NCBI RefSeq assembly: GCF_001644705.1
Contig: NZ_CP015137.1
Coordinates: 2,490,001-2,522,000 of the forward strand
Direction: 5' to 3'
Source of the DNA: Dickeya solani IPO 2222
GTDB taxonomy: Bacteria; Pseudomonadota; Gammaproteobacteria; Enterobacterales; Enterobacteriaceae
DNA length: 32,000 nucleotides
The translations under genes and the position numbers were made by a program. The notes under the pieces were generated by a model, which made no database searches, had not been told where the DNA came from, and saw only the letters and a program-made list of their open reading frames with translations. This document shows, in pieces, positions 19,630-31,512 of the stretch; within the stretch, counting starts at the first letter, position 1; every line of letters begins with the position of its first letter.

Positions 19630-19884
19630 ATGGAAAACAACGAAATTAAAGACGTGCTGATGAGCGCGCTGACGCTGCAGGAAGTGCATGTTTCCGGCGA
19701 CGGCAGCCACTTCCAGGTCATTGTGATAGGTGAGTTGTTCAAGGGTATGAGCCGCGTAAAACAGCAGCAGACGGTCTACGCGCCGCTGATGGAATATATC
19801 GCGGATAATCGCATTCATGCGTTGTCGATCAAGGCTTATACCCCTGAAGAATGGCAGCGCGACCGCAAACTGAGCGGTCTGTAA
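19630..19884 (+). CDS. ibaG: IbaG (YrbA), BolA-family acid-stress protein (84 aa)
   Basis: [10 protein letters not shown]...[15 protein letters not shown].....[13 protein letters not shown]...I..N.IHALSIK.YTP.EW is a BolA signature. It lies immediately upstream of murA, as in E. coli. Confidence 0.9.
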   Translation: MENNEIKDVLMSALTLQEVHVSGDGSHFQVIVIGELFKGMSRVKQQQTVYAPLMEYIADNRIHALSIKAYTPEEWQRDRKLSGL

Positions 19885-19925
19885 TTCAGCGGCCGCCCGG
19901 CCGTGCTATTGAGTCTGAACATTGA

Positions 19926-21200
<1,275 letters not shown>

Positions 21201-21207
21201 CCGTTCC

Positions 21208-21235
21208 TGCCGGGTGGCCTGTTCGTCACCCGGCA
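21208..21235. terminator. Stem-loop between convergent murA and degS
   Basis: 9-bp stem TGCCGGGTG/CACCCGGCA (21208-21216/21227-21235) followed by TTTC on the plus strand. The U-tract is weak. Confidence 0.5.
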
Positions 21236-21254
21236 TTTCAGCGCGGGGTTCGGT

Positions 21255-22316
21255 TTAGTCGCTGGGGTATTCCTGAATAGTCATATCGAGCTTTATTTCC
21301 TGATTATCACGGAAAATGACCACCGGGATGATTGAACCGGGGCGAATCTCCGCAACCTGATCCATAGTTTCTATTACCGAACGCGCCGGTTTGTTGTTGA
21401 CCTCCAGCAGCAGGTCGCCCTCTTTGATGCCAGCCTTATCCGCCGGACCGCCGGTTTCTACCTGATTGACCACGATGCCCTGTAGCCGTTCCAGACCGCT
21501 GACCTGATTGCCCAGCCGTTCGCGTTGTGCGCCACTGATGCCGATATAACCACGAATTACCCGCCCGTCGCGGATCAACTTGTTCATGATCTTGGTCGCC
21601 AGCGCGACCGGAATGGCAAAGCCGATACCTTCCGGCGTGCCGCCATCATTGCTTTTATCAAATGACAGCGTGTTGATGCCGACCAGTTCGCCAAGCGTGT
21701 TAACCAGCGCGCCGCCGGAGTTGCCGCGGTTGATGGAGGCGTCGGTTTGCAGAAAATTCTGCCGGCCGGAGGAACTCAGCCCAACCCGACCGGTCGCGCT
21801 GACAATCCCTTGTGTTACGGTCTGGCCGAGGTTGTAGGGATTGCCGATGGCCATCACCACATCGCCGACATGGAACACCCGTTTCGGATTGATGGTGATC
21901 TCCGGCAGGTTTGCGCCTTCGATTTTTAGCACCGCCAGGTCGGTCAGGCTGTCTGAGCCTACCAACAGCGCTTCAAAGATCCGACCATCCTGCAACGTGA
22001 CCACGATCTGCTCGGCATTGCTGATCACATGTTTGTTGGTCAGGATGTACCCTTTATTGTTCATTATCACGCCAGAACCCAACGTGCGGATATTCAGCTC
22101 GTTTTTGGTGGCTGGGTCATTGGCCTGATTGTATACGTTCACCACGGCTGGTGCGGCGCGGCGCACTCCCTGATAATAGCTGACCGGGGTTTCCTGGCTG
22201 TCGCCGCCGCCGGATTTGAGCAATCCCTGGTTGGAACGTAGCGCCGGGATTGCCAGCAGCAAGATGCCGGCCACGATGACACCGAACAGCGCCGAACGTA
22301 ACAGTTTGGTTAGCAT
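21255..22316 (-). CDS. degS: DegS, RseA site-1 serine endoprotease (353 aa)
   Basis: From ATG 22316 (MLTKLLRSALFGVIVAGILLLA..) the protein is colinear with E. coli DegS: catalytic GNSGGAL, one PDZ domain, ..IQEYP end. The ORF-track start at 22379 lies inside the degQ terminator. Confidence 0.93.
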   Translation of the reverse strand: MLTKLLRSALFGVIVAGILLLAIPALRSNQGLLKSGGGDSQETPVSYYQGVRRAAPAVVNVYNQANDPATKNELNIRTLGSGVIMNNKGYILTNKHVISNAEQIVVTLQDGRIFEALLVGSDSLTDLAVLKIEGANLPEITINPKRVFHVGDVVMAIGNPYNLGQTVTQGIVSATGRVGLSSSGRQNFLQTDASINRGNSGGALVNTLGELVGINTLSFDKSNDGGTPEGIGFAIPVALATKIMNKLIRDGRVIRGYIGISGAQRERLGNQVSGLERLQGIVVNQVETGGPADKAGIKEGDLLLEVNNKPARSVIETMDQVAEIRPGSIIPVVIFRDNQEIKLDMTIQEYPSD

Positions 22317-22350
22317 GAGCGTTTTGGGTGCATAAAGAAGGTTGGATCGC

Positions 22351-22393
22351 AGAATATCAGAGAAGAATGGACACCGCATTGCGCGGCGTCCAT
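22351..22393 (-). terminator. Intrinsic terminator of degQ
   Basis: Minus-strand RNA reads AUGGACGCCGC-GCAAU-GCGGUGUCCAU (11 bp with one G-U; 22367-22393) followed by UCUUCUCUGAUAUUCU. Confidence 0.75.
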
Positions 22394-22404
22394 TTTTTCA
22401 TGGC

Positions 22405-23775
22405 TTAACGCAGCAACAGGTAGATACTTTCATCGCCGCGGACAATATTCAGAGCCAGCACCGACGGCTTGGCTTCCAGAATTTTGCGCAATTGAGTGAT
22501 GTTTTCCACACGTTCGCGGTTCACGCCGACGATAATATCGCCTTTCTGCAGACCGACCTTAGCGGCGGCGCTGTCTTTAGCGATATTATCGATCGCCACG
22601 CCTTTGCTGCCGTCCTTAAGCTGCCCGTTGTTGAGGGTCGCGCCTTGCAGGGCCGGAGACAGTGTGTCGGCATTGGTGGTGACGTTGGCGCTGTTGTCCA
22701 GCACGACCGCGACTTCCTGCTGTTTGCCGTCGCGCAACAGGCCGATACGTACTGTTTTGCCCGGTGCGGTGGTGCCGATCTTGGCGCGCAGTTCGGCAAA
22801 GCTGCTGATGGGCTTGCCATCCAGCGATACCAGCACGTCGCCTGCCTTGATGCCGGCCTTGGCGGCGGCGGACTTCGGAATGACCTCGCTGACGAAAGCG
22901 CCACGCTGTGCGTCTACCTTGAACGCTTTGGCGATTTCAGAAGTCATCTCGCTGCCCTTGATACCCAACAGACCGCGTTTCACTTCGCCGAATTCCACCA
23001 ACTGCTGCGTCAGATTCTGCGCCATGTTGCTCGGAATGGCGAAACCGATGCCGACGTTACCGCCGCTCGGCGCCAGAATTGCGGTGTTGATGCCAATCAG
23101 TTCACCCCGCAGGTTAACCAGCGCGCCGCCGGAGTTACCGCGGTTGATGGAAGCATCGGTCTGGATAAAGTTTTCCAGCCCTTCCAGATTCAGGCCGCTG
23201 CGACCCAATGCGGAAATGATGCCGGACGTCGCGGTCTGACCAAGCCCGAATGGGTTACCGACGGCAACAGCGAAGTCACCGACGCGCAGCTGATCGGAGT
23301 CAGCCATTTTGATTTCGGTGAGATTCTTGGCGTCATTCAACTGCAGCAAGGCGATATCGGTCTGCTCATCGCGGCCGATCAGTTTGGCGTCGTATTCACG
23401 GCCGTCATTCAACTGCACCTGAATTTTATCGGCGTTGTTGACGACGTGGTTGTTGGTCAGCACGTAGCCTTTTTCGGCATTGATGATGACGCCGGAACCT
23501 AGCCCTTCAAACGGGCGAGAGTTCTGTTTTTCAGAAGGGGTGTTAGGGCCGAAGAAGAATTTAAACTCTTCCGGGATACGCTGGCGTTGTACCTGCGTGC
23601 CTTCCACATGGACGCTCACTACGGCGGGCAGCACCTTTTCCAGCATCGGCGCCAGGCTGGGTAGAGCCTGACCTTCTACTATAGCAGGCAACGCGGCATT
23701 GGCCGGGGGCAGCGAAGACAACGACAGTCCAATACCGAGTGCCAGTGCGCTATATAACAACGATGTTTTTTTCAT
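22405..23775 (-). CDS. degQ: DegQ, periplasmic HtrA-family serine endoprotease with two PDZ domains (456 aa)
   Basis: Signal peptide, then ..LPSLAPMLEKVLPAVVSV.., GNSGGALVNL and two PDZ regions. Position upstream of degS matches E. coli. DegQ versus DegP is judged by context. Confidence 0.92.
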   Translation of the reverse strand: MKKTSLLYSALALGIGLSLSSLPPANAALPAIVEGQALPSLAPMLEKVLPAVVSVHVEGTQVQRQRIPEEFKFFFGPNTPSEKQNSRPFEGLGSGVIINAEKGYVLTNNHVVNNADKIQVQLNDGREYDAKLIGRDEQTDIALLQLNDAKNLTEIKMADSDQLRVGDFAVAVGNPFGLGQTATSGIISALGRSGLNLEGLENFIQTDASINRGNSGGALVNLRGELIGINTAILAPSGGNVGIGFAIPSNMAQNLTQQLVEFGEVKRGLLGIKGSEMTSEIAKAFKVDAQRGAFVSEVIPKSAAAKAGIKAGDVLVSLDGKPISSFAELRAKIGTTAPGKTVRIGLLRDGKQQEVAVVLDNSANVTTNADTLSPALQGATLNNGQLKDGSKGVAIDNIAKDSAAAKVGLQKGDIIVGVNRERVENITQLRKILEAKPSVLALNIVRGDESIYLLLR

Positions 23776-24012
23776 TGATTGTTAACTCTCTCACGACCTG
23801 CCTATGAATAAAACAATGATATATAAACTCAAACTTGCGGTGAAGACTCAGACCCAAGGCAGTGTGTAAAGTTCACTGATATTTCGTCAGCAGAATGTAA
23901 CGGCCGTCGGTGCAGGGGAAGATTATAGCGACCGACGGCAGGGTCGTACCCCGACGACAAACGGCGTGCCGTCAGGGCGAATAAAATCGGAAAGATCAGC
24001 AAAAATAACTGG

Positions 24013-24417
24013 TCACTTGCTAATCGGCCGCGTGCCGCGCAGCAGGCCGGAAGCGCTGTCCGAGTAATCGCGGGGCGGCATGTCTACCGGCGCCTGATCG
24101 TTGTCCGATTCGGCTTCGGTCAGGCGATAGCGGAACGGGTTATCCTGCCCCGGCATGTCGGGCAACAGGCTGTTGGAGCTTTTCGCCATATGCTGATAGA
24201 GCTGGCGGTAATCGCGCGCCATGTTGTCGAGTAGCTCCGCGCTGCGGGCAAAGTGGCTGACCAGTTCCTGGCGATACTCTTCCAGCTCGGTTTTGTTTTT
24301 CTCCAGTTCGTTTTGCAGTACCTGCTGCTGGCGCAATTTACGGTTGCCGAACCGCATTGCGACAGCGCCAATGATGACACCGATAACAAATCCAATCAGC
24401 GCAGACTCCCAGGTCAT
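24013..24417 (-). CDS. zapG: ZapG (YhcB), inner-membrane cell-division/envelope protein (134 aa)
   Basis: MTWESALIGFVIGVIIGAVAMRFGNRKLRQQQ.LQ.ELEKNK.EL.EYR.ELVSHFARSAELLD.MA.DYRQLYQHMAKSS is near-identical to E. coli YhcB over the first ~80 aa. Confidence 0.92.
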   Translation of the reverse strand: MTWESALIGFVIGVIIGAVAMRFGNRKLRQQQVLQNELEKNKTELEEYRQELVSHFARSAELLDNMARDYRQLYQHMAKSSNSLLPDMPGQDNPFRYRLTEAESDNDQAPVDMPPRDYSDSASGLLRGTRPISK

Positions 24418-24627
24418 AAAACGACTCCTATTTTGACTTCGTTGTCCCGTAGGGTTTTTTCACTTAATAATAGTCACTATAACCGCTAACCTCGCTGGAG
24501 TGGAGCCCCCGTGTCTGGTCTGACTGGTAACGCGGGCGCCGCGAAGCGGTAACGCCCACGATCGCGGGCTTAACCGGCGTTAACGCACGATAAAATACAA
24601 CGAAATTTTTCTCAGGGATTTTGCGCT

Positions 24628-25758
24628 ATGCAGAGAACAACCCCTTTGGCACTTTACCAGCAGGCTCTGGCGGCACAGACCTACCAGCCGGATGAGGTAC
24701 AGCATCAGACGGTTGTCCGTCTGAACGCCATTCATCAGACGCTGACGGAACAGGTGTGGATACCAACGGAAAGCAGCGCGCCGGGACTGATGGCGAAATG
24801 GCGCGCCTGGCTGGGGCAGAAGGAAAAATCACCGTCGCCGGTACAAGGGCTGTATATGTGGGGCGGCGTAGGGCGGGGTAAAACCTGGCTGATGGACCTG
24901 TTTTTTCATAGTCTGCCTTCGGAACGTAAGCTGCGTCTGCACTTTCACCGCTTCATGCTGCGCGTACATGAAGAACTGAATCAGTTACAGGGACAGGAAA
25001 ATCCGCTGGAAAAGGTGGCTGACGGTTTTAAGGCGCAAACCGATATTCTGTGCTTCGACGAGTTCTTCGTCTCTGACATTACCGATGCGATGCTGCTGGC
25101 GGAGCTACTGCGGGCGCTGTTCTCCCGGGGCATTGCACTGGTGGCGACCTCCAATATTCCGCCGGACGAACTGTATCGCAACGGGTTGCAGCGTGCACGT
25201 TTCCTGCCGGCTATCGCGTTGATCAAGCAGCATTGCGATATATTGAATGTGGACGCCGGCATCGATTACCGGCTGCGCACCCTGACTCAGGCGCACTTGT
25301 ATCTGACCCCGAGCAATACGGATACCGATGCAGAAATGCAGGCGATGTTCCGTCGCCTGTCCGGACGTGATTTCAGTCAGCCCGGCCCGGTGCTGGAGAT
25401 TAATCATCGACCGCTGGCGACGCTGAGCGCCGGCGACGGGGTGCTGGCGGTGGATTTCGCTACGCTGTGCCTTGAGGCGCGCAGCCAGAATGACTACATC
25501 GCGCTATCGCGGCTGTACCACACCGTGCTGTTGCACCATGTTCCGGTGATGGAGGTCAAAGATGAGAACGCCGCCCGCCGCTTTCTGGCGCTGGTTGACG
25601 AGTTTTATGAACGCCGGGTGAAGCTGATTATGTCCGCGCAGGCGACGATGTTTGAGATTTATCAGGGTGAACATCTGAAGTTTGAATACCAGCGCTGTCT
25701 GTCGCGTTTGCAGGAGATGCAAAGCGAGGAGTACCTGCGTCAGCCCCACCTGCCGTGA
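24628..25758 (+). CDS. zapE: ZapE (YhcM), AFG1-like cell-division ATPase (376 aa)
   Basis: ..GLYMWGGVGRGKTWLMDLFF..LRLHFHRFMLRVHEEL..CFDEFFVSDITDAMLL.. is colinear with E. coli ZapE to ..RLQEMQSEEYL. Confidence 0.93.
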   Translation: MQRTTPLALYQQALAAQTYQPDEVQHQTVVRLNAIHQTLTEQVWIPTESSAPGLMAKWRAWLGQKEKSPSPVQGLYMWGGVGRGKTWLMDLFFHSLPSERKLRLHFHRFMLRVHEELNQLQGQENPLEKVADGFKAQTDILCFDEFFVSDITDAMLLAELLRALFSRGIALVATSNIPPDELYRNGLQRARFLPAIALIKQHCDILNVDAGIDYRLRTLTQAHLYLTPSNTDTDAEMQAMFRRLSGRDFSQPGPVLEINHRPLATLSAGDGVLAVDFATLCLEARSQNDYIALSRLYHTVLLHHVPVMEVKDENAARRFLALVDEFYERRVKLIMSAQATMFEIYQGEHLKFEYQRCLSRLQEMQSEEYLRQPHLP

Positions 25759-25764
25759 TTGTCG

Positions 25765-25792
25765 CTTGCCGCCGGGAAATGACGGCGGCAAG
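25765..25792. terminator. Perfect 10-bp stem-loop between convergent zapE and the hydrolase gene
   Basis: CTTGCCGCCG (25765-25774), loop GGAAATGA, CGGCGGCAAG (25783-25792). There is no U-tract on either strand, so terminator function is inferred from position only. Confidence 0.5.
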
Positions 25793-25812
25793 ACGCTGTT
25801 AGCGAAAACGGC

Positions 25813-26700
25813 TTATACCAGATAACGCCGGAACCAGGCGATCGTCCTGTTCCAGGCCAGGTCGGCGGCGGCTTTGTCGTACCGCGGCGTGGAATCGTTA
25901 TGGAAGCCGTGATTGGTGCCGGGGTAGATGTAGGCTTCGTAGGTCTTATTGGCGGCTTTTAACGCGGATTCATACGCCGGCCAGCCAGCATTGATATTGT
26001 CGTCGCGTTCTGCGTAGTGCAGCAACAACGGTGCCTTGATACGGGAGACATCTGCCGGTTTGGGCTGGCGTCCGTAAAACGGCACGGCCGCGGCCAGCTC
26101 CGGATAGGCCACGGCCGCCGCGTTGGACACGCCGCCGCCGTAGCAAAAACCGGTGATGCCCACTTTGCCGGTCGCGTCTTTATGCTTCATCAGGAATTCG
26201 ATGGCGGCAAAGAAATCATTCATCAGTTTGGTCGGGTCGATCTGCTGCTGGAGTTCCCGTCCTTTGTCGTCGTTGCCCGGGTAGCCGCCGACTGAGCTCA
26301 GGCCGTCCGGCGCCAGCGCGATAAACCCTTCTTTTGCCAAACGTCGCGCCACATCCTCGATATACGGGTTGAGCCCCCGATTTTCATGCACCACCACTAC
26401 GGCGGGAGCCGGGCCGTTGGTTTTGGCCGGCCGCACAAGATAGCCGCGTACGCTGCCGTGACCGTTGGGGGAAGGGTAGGTGATGTATTCCGGGATGATG
26501 GCCGGATCGGTGAATTCTACCTGTTGCGCCAGCGCGTAGTTCGGACTCATCAGGGATAAAATAGTCATGGCGGTCAAACCACCGGCGGCATATCTGGCGG
26601 CTCGCTCCAGAAACTCGCGCTTGGTCAGCTTGCCATGGGCGTAATAGTCATAGAGCTCAAGCAATTCCGGCTGGAAATCTTTTGCTGTAAGGCGCGTCAT
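25813..26700 (-). CDS. Dienelactone hydrolase-family (carboxymethylenebutenolidase-like) alpha/beta hydrolase with an N-terminal export-signal-like region (295 aa)
   Basis: ATG 26700 lies after GGAGGA. The sequence ..VVVVHENRGLNPYIEDVARRLA..GFCYGGG..YPGTNHGFHND.. is typical of the DLH family. N-terminal ..TKREFLERAARYAAGGLTAMTILSLMSPNYALAQQ looks like a Tat-type signal with KR in place of RR. Confidence 0.85.
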   Translation of the reverse strand: MTRLTAKDFQPELLELYDYYAHGKLTKREFLERAARYAAGGLTAMTILSLMSPNYALAQQVEFTDPAIIPEYITYPSPNGHGSVRGYLVRPAKTNGPAPAVVVVHENRGLNPYIEDVARRLAKEGFIALAPDGLSSVGGYPGNDDKGRELQQQIDPTKLMNDFFAAIEFLMKHKDATGKVGITGFCYGGGVSNAAAVAYPELAAAVPFYGRQPKPADVSRIKAPLLLHYAERDDNINAGWPAYESALKAANKTYEAYIYPGTNHGFHNDSTPRYDKAAADLAWNRTIAWFRRYLV

Positions 26701-26964
26701 CACACTCTTCCTCCGCTGATTTTGTTCCAAATCAATGTAGCAAAAAGAAAGGCGGACCGACGTGGGCGGGCGACAGGATATTGAGGCGCGGACGTTAACG
26801 GTGGTGGAGAAATCTGTTTTTTATTAGTTTGTGAGCGCATTGTGGCGAGGCGGCGATGCTCAGGAAGGGACGCCGTCTCCACAATGCTTACCATACTTTA
26901 CGTTTCTTTAGATAATGCCCTGCGAGGCGGTGCTGATGTCCGGCTTAAACGTTTTGCCATTCAG

Positions 26965-27013
26965 CTGAGAAAAAAGTCGATCTTTGAAATCGACTTCTCT
27001 ATAATCTTGCGAC
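26965..27013 (+). promoter_or_regulatory. Candidate rplM-rpsI promoter: consensus -10 with upstream A-tract and an overlapping inverted repeat
   Basis: TATAAT at 27000-27005 followed by the GC-rich CTTGCGACCCC. A-tract at 26969-26975. Inverted repeat AAGTCGAT/ATCGACTT (26974-26981/26989-26996) sits where a -35 would be. No good -35 hexamer at 16-18 nt spacing. This implies a leader of about 160 nt. Confidence 0.4.
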
Positions 27014-27153
27014 CCCACGTTACAACAAAGTTTTTTCCCGAAACTTTAATCGCGCTGGCAATAGCTATTCGAAGGGGTAGGTTTGCTGGACTAGATAGCC
27101 GTGTGAACCTCAACACTATTTATTTAAGCGTTTGGGTGTTCACCAACGTGTAA

Positions 27154-28011
<858 letters not shown>

Positions 28012-28043
28012 TTTCTGGCTGCCTGGCAGCGAAATCAACGCAG

Positions 28044-28076
28044 AAAAACCCGGTGCCTGTCACCGGGTTTTTTTTC
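28044..28076 (+). terminator. Intrinsic terminator of rplM-rpsI
   Basis: ACCCGGTG-CCTGT-CACCGGGT (28048-28068), flanked by an A-run upstream and TTTTTTTT downstream. Confidence 0.85.
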
Positions 28077-28329
28077 GTCCAGTACCGTTGATGGAAAAAA
28101 TCTGCTTTGATTACTGTGGGTTAGTCATGAAAATACGCTTATCCCCCCACAAAACAAACAGAATCTGATACACTATTTGCCGGTTTTGTGCCTGTTCGCC
28201 AGCAAGTGATTTTAACAGAACGACGGATGTCGTCCGCTTTCCCCGTGGGGAAGTCCAAACGCGGCAAGGCCAGCAGGATCCTATTCGATCGGTTGTTCGC
28301 CGTATTTTTTCGATAACTTGGAGGTTTTC

Positions 28330-28971
28330 ATGGCTGTCGCTGCCAACAAACGTTCGGTGATGACGCTGTTTTCCGGTCCGTCCGACATTTTTAGCCATCA
28401 GGTCCGCATCGTACTGGCCGAGAAAGGAGTGAGTGTCGAGATTGAACAGGTGGACATGGATAATCTGCCGCAGGATCTTATCGACCTCAATCCTTACGGT
28501 TCCGTACCGACGCTGGTTGACCGTGAGCTGACGTTGTATGAATCACGTATCATCATGGAATATCTGGATGAGCGTTTCCCTCACCCGCCATTGATGCCGG
28601 TCTATCCGGTGGCGCGTGGTAACAGTCGTCTGATGATGCATCGGATCGAACAGGACTGGTATTCGCTGATGAAAACCGTCCTGAGTGGCAATGCACAGGA
28701 TGCGGAAGCCGCACGCAAGCAACTTCGCGAAGAGCTGCTGGCGATCGCCCCGGTTTTCAACGAAACGCCTTATTTCATGAGTGAAGAATTCAGTCTGGTG
28801 GATTGCTATCTGGCTCCGCTGCTGTGGCGTTTGCCGCTGTTGGGGATTGAATTAAGCGGTTCCGGCGCCAAGGAACTGAAAGGCTACATGACACGCGTGT
28901 TCGAACGTGATGCCTTCCTCGCTTCCCTGACTGAAGCCGAGCGTGAAATCCGGTTGCAATCCAGAGGGTAA
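28330..28971 (+). CDS. sspA: Stringent starvation protein A (213 aa)
   Basis: [39 protein letters not shown]......[47 protein letters not shown].. is colinear with E. coli SspA. Confidence 0.96.
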   Translation: MAVAANKRSVMTLFSGPSDIFSHQVRIVLAEKGVSVEIEQVDMDNLPQDLIDLNPYGSVPTLVDRELTLYESRIIMEYLDERFPHPPLMPVYPVARGNSRLMMHRIEQDWYSLMKTVLSGNAQDAEAARKQLREELLAIAPVFNETPYFMSEEFSLVDCYLAPLLWRLPLLGIELSGSGAKELKGYMTRVFERDAFLASLTEAEREIRLQSRG

Positions 28972-28975
28972 TGGC

Positions 28976-29473
28976 ATGACGTTGTCTCAGCTCTCTCCGC
29001 GCCGCCCGTATTTATTACGGGCCTTTTATGACTGGTTGCTGGACAACCAGCTGACGCCGCATCTGGTGGTGGATGTGACCGTTCCCGGCGTGCAGGTGCC
29101 GATGGAGTTTGCCCGCGACGGGCAGATTGTCCTGAATATTGCGCCGCGTGCGGTGGGAAACCTCGAACTGGCTGACGACAGCGTACGTTTCAATGCGCGT
29201 TTTGGTGGTGTTCCCCGGCAGGTGTTCGTTCCGATGGCGTCGGTCATGGCGATTTATGCCCGGGAAAATGGTGCAGGCACCATGTTTGAGCCGGAGCCGG
29301 CCTACGAAATCGTCGAAGAGTTTGGCGAACAAACTCAAACCGAAGAGGAGTCCAAACCGTCGTTGATGTCGGTGGTGGACAATGAGTCTCCCTCCTCGCA
29401 GGACGAGCAGCCGGATGACGAGCCGCCGCAGCCGCCGAGAGGCGGCAGACCTTCCCTGCGCGTGGTCAAGTAA
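28976..29473 (+). CDS. sspB: Stringent starvation protein B, ClpXP specificity enhancer (165 aa)
   Basis: M.LSQL.PRRPYLLRAFY.WLLDNQLTPHLVVDVT.PGVQVPME.ARDGQIVLNIAPRAVGNLEL.. with the C-terminal ClpX-binding tail ..GGRPSLRVVK. Confidence 0.95.
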   Translation: MTLSQLSPRRPYLLRAFYDWLLDNQLTPHLVVDVTVPGVQVPMEFARDGQIVLNIAPRAVGNLELADDSVRFNARFGGVPRQVFVPMASVMAIYARENGAGTMFEPEPAYEIVEEFGEQTQTEEESKPSLMSVVDNESPSSQDEQPDDEPPQPPRGGRPSLRVVK

Positions 29474-29484
29474 TCGCGATTGAT

Positions 29485-29515
29485 AAAAAAGGCACGTTAC
29501 AGTGCCTTTTTTATT
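29485..29515 (+). terminator. Intrinsic terminator of sspAB
   Basis: AAAAAAGGCAC-GTTACA-GTGCCTTTTTT (29485-29512) followed by ATT. Confidence 0.85.
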
Positions 29516-29604
29516 GGTTGGAAGAAAAGCAGCAGTAACGTACTTTGCTGTTTATCAACGGGTTTATCCATTGTCAGTGTCGTGTTTAACCGAAGGAGAA
29601 TGTG

Positions 29605-30015
29605 ATGAAAACCAGTCAAGGCCGCTGTTTATGCGGTGCGGTCACTATAACGGTCCCTGAGTCATGTACGCATGATGTTTACGTCTGCCATTGCGGCATG
29701 TGCCAGAAGTGGGGCGGTGGACCGTTGATGGCGATTGAGTCTCAGCATGGCGTGACGATTGAAGGAGAAGAGCATATCGGTTTTTACCGCTCTTCCGACT
29801 GGGCGGAACGCGCGTTCTGCCGTACATGCGGGACGCATTTGTTTTATCGGTTGTTTGAGCCGGAGATCTATTCGCTCCCGGCGGGGTTATTCTCCGACGG
29901 ACAAAAACGATTGGTTTCGCAAATCTATATTGATAATAAGCCTGATTATTACGACTTTGTGCAGCAAACCCCAATGGTGACCGAACAGGACGTCATTGAT
30001 TTATATAAATCGTAA
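29605..30015 (+). CDS. GFA-family (CENP-V/glutathione-dependent formaldehyde-activating-like) zinc-binding protein (136 aa)
   Basis: Cys motifs typical of the GFA fold: CLCGAV, CHCGMCQKWGG, CRTCGTHLF. AAGGAG lies 6 nt before ATG 29605. GTG 29602 in the ORF track is less likely. Confidence 0.8.
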   Translation: MKTSQGRCLCGAVTITVPESCTHDVYVCHCGMCQKWGGGPLMAIESQHGVTIEGEEHIGFYRSSDWAERAFCRTCGTHLFYRLFEPEIYSLPAGLFSDGQKRLVSQIYIDNKPDYYDFVQQTPMVTEQDVIDLYKS

Positions 30016-30042
30016 TACCCGGCAGGCCATCTGCCAGAAAAG

Positions 30043-30066
30043 CAAAAGGCGGCCGGAGCCGCCTTT
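30043..30066. terminator. Bidirectional intrinsic terminator shared by the GFA gene and gltD
   Basis: AAAAGGCGGC-CGGA-GCCGCCTTTT is a perfect 10-bp stem including A/U flanks. The minus-strand RNA continues UUUUGCUUUUCUGG. Confidence 0.75.
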
Positions 30067-30084
30067 TGGATATCCCGAAAGCGA

Positions 30085-31512
<1,428 letters not shown>

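Noticed and set aside
26842-27153. 103-aa ORF (+) in the region upstream of rplM, and the 64-aa ORF 26700..26894 (-).
   Set aside because: Neither has an SD or recognisable motifs. Both span the promoter/leader region and the large hairpin, so they are probably non-coding.
28127-28168. 13-codon mini-ORF (MKIRLSPHKTNRI) between the rpsI terminator and sspA, and the 95-aa antisense ORF 28111..28398.
   Set aside because: There is no convincing SD or conservation signal that I can assess. The antisense ORF overlaps the sspA start and looks spurious.
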